From an uncultured Muribaculaceae bacterium (GTDB taxonomy: Bacteria > Cyanobacteriota > Vampirovibrionia > Gastranaerophilales > Gastranaerophilaceae): DNA of 48,823 nt. The stretch covers positions 1 to 48,823 of the forward strand of contig CAYYAL010000001.1 in NCBI GenBank assembly GCA_964469445.1, read 5' to 3'. Shown here one piece after another: positions 1-9,824 of the stretch. Made by a program: the position numbers and the translations under genes. Numbering within the stretch: the stretch's first letter is position 1; each line of letters begins with the position of its first letter. Under the pieces are notes generated by a model. It did no database searches and was not told the DNA's origin. It worked only from the letters and a program-made list of their open reading frames with translations.

Positions 1-988
1 GACGTCCGCCTTCTTCTTTAGTTAAAACGTAAACGTTAGCTGTGAATTTAGTGTGAGGGTGAATCGTACCCGGTTTAGCTAAAACTTGACCACGTTGGAT
101 TTCAGTTTTATCAACACCTCTTAACAAAGCACCGATATTATCACCTGCTTGACCTTGGTCAAGAAGTTTTCTGAACATTTCAACACCGGTAACAGTTGTT
201 TTCTTAGTTTCACCGAAACCAACGATTTCAACTTCTTCACCGACTTTAACTGTACCACGTTCAACTCTACCTGTAGCAACCGTTCCACGTCCTGTGATAG
301 AGAAAACATCTTCAACAGGCATCAAGAATGGTTTGTCTAATTCACGAACAGGTTCTGGGAAGTAAGAATCTAATGCGTCCATCAATTCCCAAATTTTATC
401 TGTCCATTCATTATCACCACGAGCTACTTTTGGATTAGCTTGAACAGCTTCCAATGCTTTTAGTGCAGAACCTTTAATAAACGGTATTTTGTCTCCATCA
501 AATTCATAAGATGAAAGAAGTTCTCTAACTTCCATTTCAACTAATTCTAATAATTCAGGATCATCAACCATATCACATTTATTTAAGAATACAACTAAGT
601 TAGGAACACCAACTTGACGAGCAAGTAAGATGTGTTCACGAGTTTGAGGCATAGCACCGTCAGTTGCAGCAACTACAAGAATTGCTCCGTCCATTTGAGC
701 AGCACCTGTAATCATGTTTTTTACATAGTCTGCGTGACCCGGACAGTCAACGTGTGCATAGTGTCTGTTTGCTGTTTCGTATTCTACGTGTGCAGTCGAG
801 ATGGTTATCCCTCTTGCTTTTTCTTCAGGAGCAGCATCAATTTCGTCGAATTTTTTCAATTCAGCTTGTCCTGCTGCAGCCAATGTTCCTGTAATCGCAG
901 CTGTCAATGTAGTTTTACCGTGGTCTACGTGACCTACTGTACCTACGTTAACGTGCGGTTTGTTTCTTTCAAACTTTTCGCGTGCCAT
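1..988 (-). CDS. tuf: Elongation factor Tu, N-terminal ~329 codons (3' end lies beyond window start)
   Basis: Not in the ORF track because it is open at the window edge. Hand translation of the reverse strand from ATG at 988-986 gives [29 protein letters not shown]... (EF-Tu G1 motif). The frame stays open to base 1. SD GAAGGAG lies 9 nt upstream. Confidence 0.93.
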   Translation of the reverse strand, partial: MAREKFERNKPHVNVGTVGHVDHGKTTLTAAITGTLAAAGQAELKKFDEIDAAPEEKARGITISTAHVEYETANRHYAHVDCPGHADYVKNMITGAAQMDGAILVVAATDGAMPQTREHILLARQVGVPNLVVFLNKCDMVDDPELLELVEMEVRELLSSYEFDGDKIPFIKGSALKALEAVQANPKVARGDNEWTDKIWELMDALDSYFPEPVRELDKPFLMPVEDVFSITGRGTVATGRVERGTVKVGEEVEIVGFGETKKTTVTGVEMFRKLLDQGQAGDNIGALLRGVDKTEIQRGQVLAKPGTIHPHTKFTANVYVLTKEEGGR

Positions 989-1052
989 TATTCTGGTCTC
1001 CTTCTTTTCTACAATATCCTATATATTACTTTTGTAATTATATCCTAAAGTA

Positions 1053-1080
1053 ATTCTAGCAGGTCAAAATTTGTTGTCAA
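1053..1080 (-). promoter_or_regulatory. Candidate sigma70-type promoter for tuf
   Basis: On the minus strand, TTGACA (1080-1075), a 16-nt spacer, then TAGAAT (1058-1053), about 60 nt upstream of the tuf ATG. Confidence 0.35.
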
Positions 1081-1130
1081 GATATACAACAGCTTATTAA
1101 ACCTCAAATTTAATCAATGCGGTTTTATAT

Positions 1131-1158
1131 AAAAAAGAGGAATTTTTTCCTCTTTTTA
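1131..1158 (-). terminator. Intrinsic terminator after gyrA
   Basis: Stem AAGAGGA (1135-1141) / TCCTCTT (1148-1154) with a 6-nt loop, flanked by A-run and T-run, directly downstream of the gyrA stop. Confidence 0.55.
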
Positions 1159-1162
1159 CTTA

Positions 1163-3748
1163 TTATTCGCCTGTTTCAGAATTTTCTATATTTTCAAGAA
1201 GACTTGTCTGCTCTATTTCTTCAGATTTTTCTTCCGTTTTTTTACTTTCAAGAGCTTCGTCTAATTTTTTTATAATAATCTCATCTTCATCATCAGGATT
1301 TACAATTTTATTAACTGAAACAACTAAATCATTATCCATCAAGTTTTGAGCTTTAACACCTGTTGCAGGTCTGCCTTGACGAGAAATATCACCTGATTTT
1401 ATTCTTGTAACAACTCCGTTTGCGGTAACAAGCATTATTTCATCATTTTCTTCAACAATTGTAAGTGCTACTAATTTTGATGATGATGTTTTAAATTTCG
1501 TTGCTATAAGTCCAATTCCGCCTCTGTTTTGTGTTCTGAATTCGGATAATTTTGAACGTTTTCCAAATCCATCAGACGTTACGACAAGCAAATCTGCATC
1601 ATAAGACTTCGGCACGACATCGCAACCTACAATGCTATCTCCGCTTCTTAATTTCATTGATGTAACACCTCTTGCACTTCTGCCGAGTGGTCTTAAATCA
1701 GAAATTGCAAATCTTATTGCCATTCCGGCTGATGTTCCGATTATAATTTCGTCATTTGATTTCGCAAGTTTTACCCAATTCAAATTATCATCTGCTTCCA
1801 AACCTATTGCTATAATTCCCGTCTTTCTTATATTTGAGAAATTATCCAAACAAATTCTTTTTATATAACCTTTTTTAGTTAACATTATTAAATTCAAATC
1901 AGTTGCAAATTCACTTACTGGAACAACTGCTGTTATTGTTTCATCTTGATCAAGAGGAAGTACATTTATTATAGGAAGTCCTTTAGCTTGTCTGCCTCCT
2001 TCAGGAAAATCGTAAACATTTAAACTATAAACCGTTCCTTTTGAAGAGAAGAATAAAACTTTATCATGCATCATTGCGGTAAAGAAATGCTGAATATCAT
2101 CATCTTCTTTCGTTTTAATTCCGCTTTTTCCTCTTGTTGCTCTATTTTGACGTTCAAATGTATCCAAAGAAATACGTTTTAAATATCCTTGATGAGTTAT
2201 AAATACAGCCATAGGAACATTCGGCGTTAAATCTTCAATGCTCATTTCGCCTTCTTCAGGAAGAATTTGCGTTTTTCTTTCATCACCGTATTTCTCTTTA
2301 TCTTCGAGCAATTCTTGTTTAATTAAATCCAAAACTTTTTGTCTATCTGCAAGAATACCTTCATATTCTTTAATTTTTTTCAATAATTCTTCGTACTCAT
2401 TTTTAATTTTATCTTGTTCCAAACCTGTCAAACGTCTTAATTGCATTTCAAGAATTGCATTTGCTTGATCGGTATCAAGACCGAATTTTGACATTAATCC
2501 AACTCTTGCATCATCAGTTGTTTTTGATTTTTTAATCAATTCAATAACTTCGTCAAGCGAATTCAATGCAATTAACAAACCTGCCAATATATGAGCACGC
2601 ATTTTTGCTTTTTTTAAGAAATAAATCGTTCTTCTTGTAATAATTTCGACCCTATGCTCAACGAATTCACTTAAAACTTGATGTAAATTCATTAATCTCG
2701 GTTGTTTTCCAACAAGTGCAAGCATATTCACACCGAAAGATGTACTTAATTGAGTCTGTTTAAACAAATTATTTTTAACGACTTCCGGCTTAGCATCACG
2801 TTTAAGTTCTATAACAATACGCATACCATCTCTGTCAGATTCATCACGAAGGTCAGAAATACCTGTCAATCTTTGGTCTTTTACAAGTTCGGCAATTTTT
2901 TCTATCAAAGCAGCTTTATTTACCTGATAAGGGATTTCTGTAATAACAATAGCAGTTCTGCTTTGTCTGCCTGCTCCACCTGAAATCTCCTCAAAACCTG
3001 CAACTGCACGCATTTTTATAGAGCCTCTGCCTGTTTCATAAGCTTGTCTTATGTCATTTAAACCGATAATCGTTCCGGCTGTCGGAAAATCCGGCCCTTT
3101 TATATATTCATTCAATTCTGCAATAGTAATTTCAGGATTATCAATTAATGCAATTGTTCCGTCAGCAACCTCTGATAAATTATGAGGAGGAATATTTGTT
3201 GCCATACCAACCGCAATCCCTGCACAACCATTTAAAAGAAGCATTGGAAGCCTTACAGGTAAAACTTCGGGTTCTTGAAGAGAACCGTCAAAATTTGGCC
3301 CAAAGTCAACTGTTTCGCAATCTATATCAGCAAGCATTGATGTTGTGATTTTATGCATACGAGCTTCTGTATAACGCATTGCAGCGGCGGAATCTCCATC
3401 AACTGAACCAAAGTTTCCATGCCCGTCTACAACCAAATACCTTGTATTAAAATCTTGTGCCAAACGAACCAAAGCTTCATAAACTGAACTATCGCCATGC
3501 GGGTGATATTTACCCAAAACTTCACCGACTATTCTCGCACACTTTTTAAAAGGCTTATCAGGAGTCATACCTAATTCATTCATCGCAAATAATATTCTTC
3601 TGTGAACAGGTTTTAAACCATCTCTAACATCAGGTAATGCACGCCCTACAATTACACTCATCGCATAATCTATGTATGAACGTTTCATTTCTTCTCTTAT
3701 ATTAACGGGAACTATTTTCCCTTCTTTAAACATATTCTGTTGTCCCAA
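1163..3748 (-). CDS. gyrA: DNA gyrase subunit A
   Basis: 861 aa. Contains [25 protein letters not shown], the catalytic-Tyr motif [11 protein letters not shown], and a C-terminal beta-pinwheel region with an acidic tail. The track start is TTG at 3748. An alternative ATG (MFKEGK...) lies at 3733. Confidence 0.96.
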   Translation of the reverse strand: MGQQNMFKEGKIVPVNIREEMKRSYIDYAMSVIVGRALPDVRDGLKPVHRRILFAMNELGMTPDKPFKKCARIVGEVLGKYHPHGDSSVYEALVRLAQDFNTRYLVVDGHGNFGSVDGDSAAAMRYTEARMHKITTSMLADIDCETVDFGPNFDGSLQEPEVLPVRLPMLLLNGCAGIAVGMATNIPPHNLSEVADGTIALIDNPEITIAELNEYIKGPDFPTAGTIIGLNDIRQAYETGRGSIKMRAVAGFEEISGGAGRQSRTAIVITEIPYQVNKAALIEKIAELVKDQRLTGISDLRDESDRDGMRIVIELKRDAKPEVVKNNLFKQTQLSTSFGVNMLALVGKQPRLMNLHQVLSEFVEHRVEIITRRTIYFLKKAKMRAHILAGLLIALNSLDEVIELIKKSKTTDDARVGLMSKFGLDTDQANAILEMQLRRLTGLEQDKIKNEYEELLKKIKEYEGILADRQKVLDLIKQELLEDKEKYGDERKTQILPEEGEMSIEDLTPNVPMAVFITHQGYLKRISLDTFERQNRATRGKSGIKTKEDDDIQHFFTAMMHDKVLFFSSKGTVYSLNVYDFPEGGRQAKGLPIINVLPLDQDETITAVVPVSEFATDLNLIMLTKKGYIKRICLDNFSNIRKTGIIAIGLEADDNLNWVKLAKSNDEIIIGTSAGMAIRFAISDLRPLGRSARGVTSMKLRSGDSIVGCDVVPKSYDADLLVVTSDGFGKRSKLSEFRTQNRGGIGLIATKFKTSSSKLVALTIVEENDEIMLVTANGVVTRIKSGDISRQGRPATGVKAQNLMDNDLVVSVNKIVNPDDEDEIIIKKLDEALESKKTEEKSEEIEQTSLLENIENSETGE

Positions 3749-3991
3749 ATCCTTATCCCCTTATATCTTAGCTCATGTGAGCTTTGGATTTTTACCCTGC
3801 AAGCATGCGTTACTATCGTCCGATTTTGCTGTCAAAAACAAACACTCCGCCGGCTTCACCATCTGCTACACCTTGTTATTATTCTAACACAAACACTTTT
3901 TTATGCAAATTTTTTGTAAATTTTTTTATTTTTTTTATTAAAAATGGTTTAATGTATTATATGCTACAATTTTAAAAAAGGAATAAAAAAT

Positions 3992-5299
3992 ATGTTAGAT
4001 GTAAAACCGTTAAATGCCGTTGTATACAATCAAGAAAAAGTTAATATAAATGAGGTTATAGCTCCTCCTTATGATGTTATTTTGGAAGATTACAGACAAG
4101 AACTTCTCAATAGAAATAAATTTAATATTGTAAATCTTATTTTAGCAAATGGGTCTAAAGACTTGTCAGATAAAGATAACAGATATATTAACGCTCAAAA
4201 AACTTTTCAAAAATGGTTGCAAGAAAATGTTTTAATAAAAACAGAAAAACCATGTATTTTTTATCTTCTTCAAAAATATGAAATGAACGGAAAAAATGTT
4301 ACAAGAAAAGGATTTATCGCAAGAAATAAAATTGAAGATTTTTCTTCAAAACAAATTTTACCTCACGAATTTACTATGGGTGGACCAAAACAAGACAGAT
4401 TAAACCTTACAACAACATGCCAAGCTAATTTTTCTCAAATCTTTATGGTTTATTCCGATAAGGAATTTTTAATCGAAAAAGCGGTTGAACCGATTTTAAA
4501 AGAAAAACCGTTTATTGATGTTGTTGATGATAATGGCGTCCAAAATATTGTCTATAAAATTGACGATGAAAAAATAATCGAATTAATTGAAAAAGTTATG
4601 TCTGATAAAACACTTTTAATTGCTGACGGACACCATCGATATGAAACTGCTATGAATTATCGAAATGAAATGCAGGAAAAAGGTGATAAATCAGAAGATA
4701 TCAAATATGTTATGAGTTATTTTACCAATATGGAAGATGATTTATTGATTTTTCCAACTCACAGAATTATTAAAAAATGGATAGAACCTTACGTTTTATT
4801 GGAAAAAGTTAAAAAATATTTTGATGTAAAAGATTTTATTTTTAACGGAAAAAATAAACAACAAGTTAAGGCGGAATTTCTTTCAGCAATAGAAGATGCC
4901 AATAAAAAACAAATTTCTATGGGCTTATATATGAAAAATGTTAATAAATTTTATCTATTAACATTAAGAGAAAATGTTGATAAAATTCTTGATGAATATA
5001 ATGTTCCTGACGTTTTAAAAACACTCGATTTAATCGTTTTACATAAGGTTTTGATATCAAAAGAATTCGGTTTCAGCGAAGAAGAACAATTTAATCAAGA
5101 CGGAATAAAATATATTAAACAAGAATCCGAAGCCTTTGATTTGATAGATTTAGGGAAGGCGGAAGCTTCCTTTATAATGGCTTATCCAAAAATTGAAGAT
5201 ATAAAAAGAATTGCAGGAAAAGGCGAAAGAATGCCACAAAAATCAACTTATTTTTATCCGAAATTATTAAGCGGGATTGTGATAAATCCTTTGAAATGA
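3992..5299 (+). CDS. DUF1015 family protein
   Basis: 435 aa. N-terminal '...VIAPPYDVI...' and central 'IADGHHRYETA' match what I recall of the DUF1015 family. Confidence 0.65.
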   Translation: MLDVKPLNAVVYNQEKVNINEVIAPPYDVILEDYRQELLNRNKFNIVNLILANGSKDLSDKDNRYINAQKTFQKWLQENVLIKTEKPCIFYLLQKYEMNGKNVTRKGFIARNKIEDFSSKQILPHEFTMGGPKQDRLNLTTTCQANFSQIFMVYSDKEFLIEKAVEPILKEKPFIDVVDDNGVQNIVYKIDDEKIIELIEKVMSDKTLLIADGHHRYETAMNYRNEMQEKGDKSEDIKYVMSYFTNMEDDLLIFPTHRIIKKWIEPYVLLEKVKKYFDVKDFIFNGKNKQQVKAEFLSAIEDANKKQISMGLYMKNVNKFYLLTLRENVDKILDEYNVPDVLKTLDLIVLHKVLISKEFGFSEEEQFNQDGIKYIKQESEAFDLIDLGKAEASFIMAYPKIEDIKRIAGKGERMPQKSTYFYPKLLSGIVINPLK

Positions 5300-5347
5300 T
5301 TATAAAAAGAGGGCGGAGCCAAAGGCTCCGCCCTCTTTTTATAATCA
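5297..5347. terminator. Bidirectional intrinsic terminator (GGCGGAGCC hairpin family)
   Basis: Perfect 24-bp stem TGATTATAAAAAGAGGGCGGAGCC / GGCTCCGCCCTCTTTTTATAATCA with loop AAA. It sits between convergent genes, and the TGA stop of the upstream gene lies inside the stem. Confidence 0.85.
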
Positions 5348-5389
5348 AACAAATTACGTAAATAAAAATTTAATTTTCATTTACCCCTT

Positions 5390-5917
5390 TTATTCATTTA
5401 CCCCCCATTTGTCGTAATGAATTTTTTTCACATCAAATTTATCTTTAGGTTGAACGTCTATTCTCGGGTGTCCGATTGAAATCAAAGAAAACGGTTCGAC
5501 ATTTTCTGGTAATTCAAACAATTCAGCAAGCGGCTTTTGTAATTCTTCTCTCGGGTGAACACCTAGCCAAACACTTCCCAAACCCATTTCAGCAGCTTGT
5601 AACATAATATTTTGAGTTGCTGCGGAACAATCTTGCGGATAAAGTTTTACATTCGGAACAAACGCAGGAACCTTGTTTAAATCAGCACAAACCATTATTG
5701 CAAGTGGAGCTTCCAATAACATTTTTGAAAAAGGGTGTATTTCCGTAATCTTCTTCAATAAATTCTTATCTTGAATTACAATAAACTCCCAAGGCTGAGC
5801 ATTGCAACCTGAAGGGGCTGCCATTGCGGCTTTCATAAGTTGGTCGATTTCTTCTTTTGTAATTTTTTCATCAGTATAAGTTCTTACACTTGTTCTTTTA
5901 AAAATTGCATCTACCAT
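5390..5917 (-). CDS. Nitroreductase family protein
   Basis: 175 aa. Contains 'RTSVRTYTDEKITKEEIDQLMKAAMAAPSGCNAQPWEFIVI', a typical NAD(P)H nitroreductase signature. Confidence 0.8.
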   Translation of the reverse strand: MVDAIFKRTSVRTYTDEKITKEEIDQLMKAAMAAPSGCNAQPWEFIVIQDKNLLKKITEIHPFSKMLLEAPLAIMVCADLNKVPAFVPNVKLYPQDCSAATQNIMLQAAEMGLGSVWLGVHPREELQKPLAELFELPENVEPFSLISIGHPRIDVQPKDKFDVKKIHYDKWGVNE

Positions 5918-5919
5918 AA

Positions 5920-7116
5920 TTATTTCTCCATATTATAAGTAATACCTGCCTTTTTCATTCTATCCAAAACTTTTCTTAAAACATCAACCGGTTTTGTAAG
6001 GGCTATTCTAAAGAAACCTTCTCCGTAAGGACCGTAACCATTTCCGGGAGGAACAACAACTTGTGCCTTTTCTAACATTACAGACACAAATTCTTCGCTT
6101 GTAAATCCTTTAGGAACAGGCAACCAAAGATAGAAAGTCGCTTTTGAAGGTTTTATATCCCAGCCCAATTCTTTCAAACCTGCTTCCATAACATCTTTTC
6201 TTTCTTTATACATTTTATTTAAAGTTTCAATTTGCGCTTTCGGAGCGTTGTAAGCTTCAATGGCAGCTTCTTGAATAGCTTTAAAACAACCACTATCGAT
6301 ATTATTTTTAATTGTACCCAAAGCCTTTATTGCATCGGCATTTCCGCAAACAAACCCAACTCTCCAACCTGTCATATTGTAAGATTTTGAATGAGAGAAA
6401 AATTCAATTGCAATATCTTTTGCCCCTTCGACTTGCAAAACAGAAGGTGCGACGTAGCCGTCATAAGTCATTTCGCAATAAGCTTGGTCAGACATTAAAA
6501 CTATATTATATTTCTTACAAAAAGCGACTGCTTTTTTATAAAATTCCAAATCACAAACAGCCCCGGTCGGGTTATTCGGATAATTTAAGAACATTAACTT
6601 TGATTTTTTTGCAATATCTTCAGGAATTGCATCTAAATCAGGCAAAAATCCGTTTTCAGCTTTTAAAGGCATAGAATAAGGAGTTCCACCCGCAAAAATT
6701 GTTGCATTTTTATAAACAGGATATCCAGGGTCAGGAATTAAAGTATAATCACCTTTATCTACAAAAGCGTAAAAAACATGCGCAATAGCTTCTTTTGAGC
6801 CGATATTTGCAAGAATTTCAGTATCAGCATTTAAGTCAACATCAAATCTTCTTTTTATCCAATTTTTTGTAGCTTCTCTAAAATCTTTGGTTCCGTTATA
6901 AGGCGGATAATCGTGATTTGCAGGATTATCAATTGCTTTATGCATAGCTTCAACAACTGATGGAATTGTAGGTGTATCAGGATCGCCTATTCCAAGACTT
7001 ATAATATCAAATCCTTTTGCTTTTGCTTCGGCAATTTTTCTGTCAATTTCCGCAAATAAATACGGCGGAATTTTCTCCAATCTTTCAGATGTTCTGATTT
7101 TTTCTTTTGTTTCCAT
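5920..7116 (-). CDS. dapL: PLP-dependent class I/II aminotransferase, probably LL-diaminopimelate aminotransferase
   Basis: 398 aa. Contains 'IPPYLFAEIDRKIAEAKAKGFDIISLGIGDPDTPT' and the PLP-lysine context 'SHSKSYNMTGWRVG'. The DapL assignment is by motif memory only. Confidence 0.6.
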   Translation of the reverse strand: METKEKIRTSERLEKIPPYLFAEIDRKIAEAKAKGFDIISLGIGDPDTPTIPSVVEAMHKAIDNPANHDYPPYNGTKDFREATKNWIKRRFDVDLNADTEILANIGSKEAIAHVFYAFVDKGDYTLIPDPGYPVYKNATIFAGGTPYSMPLKAENGFLPDLDAIPEDIAKKSKLMFLNYPNNPTGAVCDLEFYKKAVAFCKKYNIVLMSDQAYCEMTYDGYVAPSVLQVEGAKDIAIEFFSHSKSYNMTGWRVGFVCGNADAIKALGTIKNNIDSGCFKAIQEAAIEAYNAPKAQIETLNKMYKERKDVMEAGLKELGWDIKPSKATFYLWLPVPKGFTSEEFVSVMLEKAQVVVPPGNGYGPYGEGFFRIALTKPVDVLRKVLDRMKKAGITYNMEK

Positions 7117-7214
7117 AAAATTATCCTCTCGATTTTAAATACTCAATTAACCTGTCTGTTGAGATTTTATCACAATCAAAAGACTTTCGCAATTTAATTC
7201 ATCTTTGAAAAATT

Positions 7215-7349
7215 TTATTTGTTATTTTCTATTTTATCTCTTAATTCTTTAAAAATTTCTTTTAAATACTCAAAGCAAATTTCAATCGTATCGATATTAT
7301 TTTGAATTAATAACATAGCTTGTTTTAAATCATAATCATTATTTTTCAT
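7215..7349 (-). CDS. Small hypothetical helical protein (44 aa), not in ORF track
   Basis: Hand translation gives MKNNDYDLKQAMLLIQNNIDTIEICFEYLKEIFKELRDKIENNK*. The segment IDTIEICFEYLKE resembles IDKIEILFDELQD of the 44480-44623 ORF. The SD is weak. Confidence 0.35.
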   Translation of the reverse strand: MKNNDYDLKQAMLLIQNNIDTIEICFEYLKEIFKELRDKIENNK

Positions 7350-7469
7350 TCTTACTCAAATTCTTTTTATAACTTTACACACATATTTATTTAAAATAAG
7401 TATATCAAAATGTCAATACTTTTTAATATACATTTGTCATATATTAAATTATAACAAATAATGTTATTA

Positions 7470-7489
7470 ATATACTGTAATCAGTATAT
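7470..7489. promoter_or_regulatory. Inverted repeat, candidate operator upstream of the AbrB-like gene
   Basis: ATATACTG-TAAT-CAGTATAT has perfect 8-bp arms, 12 nt before the ATG at 7501. A second inverted repeat, ATAACA-AATAA-TGTTAT, lies at 7451-7467. Confidence 0.3.
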
Positions 7490-7500
7490 GGTTTTGTAAA

Positions 7501-7659
7501 ATGATAGAAAAGAAATTTTTTAAAAGCGGTAACAGTTGGTGCATTTCTTTACCAACAAGTGTTTTAAAAATTTTGGGTGTAAATCCGGAAAATGATAAAA
7601 TTCAATTGGTTCTGCAAGATAAAGATATTTTAATGAAAATCGTTAAAAAAAATAAATAA
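7501..7659 (+). CDS. AbrB/MazE/SpoVT-type DNA-binding protein (52 aa), not in ORF track
   Basis: Hand translation gives MIEKKFFKSGNSWCISLPTSVLKILGVNPENDKIQLVLQDKDILMKIVKKNK*. The 'K-x-GNS-x-x-[IV]-x-[LI]-P...LG[LV]' signature marks the swapped-hairpin AbrB/MazE fold. Confidence 0.7.
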   Translation: MIEKKFFKSGNSWCISLPTSVLKILGVNPENDKIQLVLQDKDILMKIVKKNK

Positions 7660-7681
7660 ATTTTTATAGTATAATAATTTT

Positions 7682-8746
7682 ATGGCTATTTTTTCAGATG
7701 ACGATAATATTAATAATGTTCAGCAAAAATGTGTTGATGTGAAACCTGAAATAAATGATTTTGACAAAAGTTTTGAAAATAACATTCGTCCAAAAACTTT
7801 TGAAACTTATATCGGACAAAGCAGTTTAAAAGAAACTTTAAAAATTTCGATAGAAGCGTCAAAAAAAAGAGAAATTCCGCTTGACCATTTATTATTTTAC
7901 GGGCCTCCGGGTTTAGGAAAAACAACACTTGCAGGCGTTATCGCAAATGAGTTAGATGTTGAAATCAAAATAACTTCGGCTCCTGCCCTAGAACGTCCCA
8001 GAGATATTATCGGGCTTTTGATGGGATTAAAAGGCGGCGAAATTCTTTTTATAGATGAAATTCACAGGCTTAATAAAATTGCCGAAGAAATTTTGTATCC
8101 TGCGATGGAAGATTTTACTCTTGATATGACAACGGGTAAAGGGCAAACTGTTAAATCTATGCGAATTCCTGTCCCAAAATTTACGCTAATAGGAGCAACC
8201 ACAAAAGCAGGTGCTTTATCAGGGCCTTTAAGAGATAGGTTTGGAATTATCCACAGGCTTGAATTCTACAATCAAGAAGAATTAACACAAGTTATAAAAC
8301 GAACCGCAAAAATTCTTAATTTAGAAATAACTGAAAAAGGTGCAAAAGCTATCGCTCTAAGGTCAAGAGGAACTCCAAGAATTGCAAACCGTTTAGTAAA
8401 ACGTGTTTCTGATTTTGCACTTGTAAAATACGACGGCGAAATTACGGAAAAAATTGCAAATGAAAGCTTAGATATCTTAAAAATTGATGAATTTGGACTT
8501 GACAGCACTGACAGAAATTTATTAAATCTGATTATACAAAAATATGACGGGGGTCCTGTCGGAATTGAAACAATTTCTGCTGCCTTAGGCGAAGATGTAA
8601 GAACTATCGAAGATGTTTGCGAACCTTACCTTTTACAAGCAGGCTTGCTCCAAAGAACACCTCGTGGCAGAAAAGTTTCCCCGCAAGCTTATAGACATTT
8701 AGGACATAATTCAGACAATGTACAACAAAACTTTTTTGATTTATAA
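7682..8746 (+). CDS. ruvB: Holliday junction branch migration helicase RuvB
   Basis: 354 aa. Contains Walker [12 protein letters not shown], 'LFIDEIHRL', 'LIGATT' and 'RDRFGI'. Confidence 0.95.
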   Translation: MAIFSDDDNINNVQQKCVDVKPEINDFDKSFENNIRPKTFETYIGQSSLKETLKISIEASKKREIPLDHLLFYGPPGLGKTTLAGVIANELDVEIKITSAPALERPRDIIGLLMGLKGGEILFIDEIHRLNKIAEEILYPAMEDFTLDMTTGKGQTVKSMRIPVPKFTLIGATTKAGALSGPLRDRFGIIHRLEFYNQEELTQVIKRTAKILNLEITEKGAKAIALRSRGTPRIANRLVKRVSDFALVKYDGEITEKIANESLDILKIDEFGLDSTDRNLLNLIIQKYDGGPVGIETISAALGEDVRTIEDVCEPYLLQAGLLQRTPRGRKVSPQAYRHLGHNSDNVQQNFFDL

Positions 8747-8779
8747 TATCGCTACTGATTTATATAAGGAAATATAATT

Positions 8780-9289
8780 ATGATTGAAATGAAAGTTATG
8801 GGTATAGCATTAGATACAAGAACAGGTTCTCCGATTGTGGTCTTACACGATTTGGATAACAGAAAAGCTTTGCCGATTTGGATAGGTTCCGCTGAAGCAA
8901 GTGCTATTATCAGAAAAATTGAAAATATGAAAGTTTCTCGCCCTATGACCCATGACTTAGTCGTCGATATGATTGAAAAAATGGGTTTCACTCTCGATAA
9001 AGTCGAAATTAACGATGTCGAAGAAGAAACTTATTACGCAACTCTATTTTTAAGTAACAATGAAGGAAAAGAAGTTGAAGTTGATTCTCGCCCTTCCGAT
9101 GCTATTGCTATTGCAATAAGAATTAATGCTCCTATCTTTATCGGGCCGAATGTCCTTTCTAACGGCTCTGTTTCTACTAATTCAGAAAAAGATGAAGAAG
9201 AAGCTCAGGAATTCAGAAGTTTTATTCAAAGCATTAAACCTTCTGATTTTGAAAAACTTTTAAAAGACGATACGCAAAGCGATCAATAA
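8780..9289 (+). CDS. Bifunctional nuclease (BFN/DUF151) family protein
   Basis: 169 aa. Contains 'PIVVLHD...ALPIWIG..EA.AI' and 'SRPMTHDL' motifs, followed by an acidic tail. Confidence 0.65.
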   Translation: MIEMKVMGIALDTRTGSPIVVLHDLDNRKALPIWIGSAEASAIIRKIENMKVSRPMTHDLVVDMIEKMGFTLDKVEINDVEEETYYATLFLSNNEGKEVEVDSRPSDAIAIAIRINAPIFIGPNVLSNGSVSTNSEKDEEEAQEFRSFIQSIKPSDFEKLLKDDTQSDQ

Positions 9290-9290
9290 T

Positions 9291-9341
9291 AACTTAAAGA
9301 AAGAGGGCGGAGCCGTTGGCTCCGCCCTCTTTCTTTAAGTT
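9291..9341. terminator. Bidirectional intrinsic terminator (GGCGGAGCC hairpin family)
   Basis: Perfect 24-bp stem AACTTAAAGAAAGAGGGCGGAGCC / GGCTCCGCCCTCTTTCTTTAAGTT with loop GTT, between convergent genes. Confidence 0.85.
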
Positions 9342-9343
9342 AT

Positions 9344-9823
9344 TTATTTTCTGATAAATCTTCTCTCAAGCCATCTTACAACTCTTGTCGGAATATTTTC
9401 ATTTTCAGCATTTATGCTGTCAACCAAAATTGTTTTGCAACCCAACAATTTTCCTGCCAAAATATCCGTAAGCGGTCTATCGCCTACAAGTGCAACTGAT
9501 TTTGCTTCCATATTTATTTTTTTAAGCAAATCTTTCATCGCTTTTATGCAAGGTTTTTTTGCATCTGAAATTACCGTAAAAGTCGAAATATTTCTGACTT
9601 TTTCAACGTAATCAGGACGTTTGTTGTTTGTTACAACTGCGATAAAAAACTTTTTCTCAACTTCTTTTAACCATTTTTGAGTTTTTTCGGTGTATTCTCC
9701 GGATTTTGAAATCATAATTGTGCTGTCTAAATCAAAAAAAATCGCTTTAATTCCTTTATTTTCAAGCTCTTCCAAATTAATTTCATAAATATTTTTCAAA
9801 TTATAATCAGGTTTTAATATCAT
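9344..9823 (-). CDS. YqeG-type HAD-IIIA phosphatase
   Basis: 159 aa. Contains 'GIKAIFFDLDSTI', 'VVTNN' and 'VGDRPLTDILAG...TILV'. Confidence 0.75.
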   Translation of the reverse strand: MILKPDYNLKNIYEINLEELENKGIKAIFFDLDSTIMISKSGEYTEKTQKWLKEVEKKFFIAVVTNNKRPDYVEKVRNISTFTVISDAKKPCIKAMKDLLKKINMEAKSVALVGDRPLTDILAGKLLGCKTILVDSINAENENIPTRVVRWLERRFIRK

Positions 9824-9824
9824 T

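Noticed and set aside
121-1048. Track ORFs 121-315(-), 149-340(+) and 632-1048(+)
   Set aside because: They lie inside the clearly identifiable tuf reading frame on the minus strand, either antisense or out of frame. Their low-complexity Cys/Ser/Phe-rich products have no motifs. They are shadow ORFs.
3672-3975. Track ORFs 3672-3887(+) and 3784-3975(+) in the gyrA upstream region
   Set aside because: They start inside or antisense to gyrA, have no RBS, and give hydrophobic low-complexity translations. The region is better explained as gyrA leader and promoter DNA.
7501-7659. AbrB/MazE-like gene as part of a type II toxin-antitoxin pair
   Set aside because: No toxin-sized ORF is co-oriented upstream or downstream, since ruvB begins 23 nt after the stop. 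At most it is an orphan antitoxin-like regulator.
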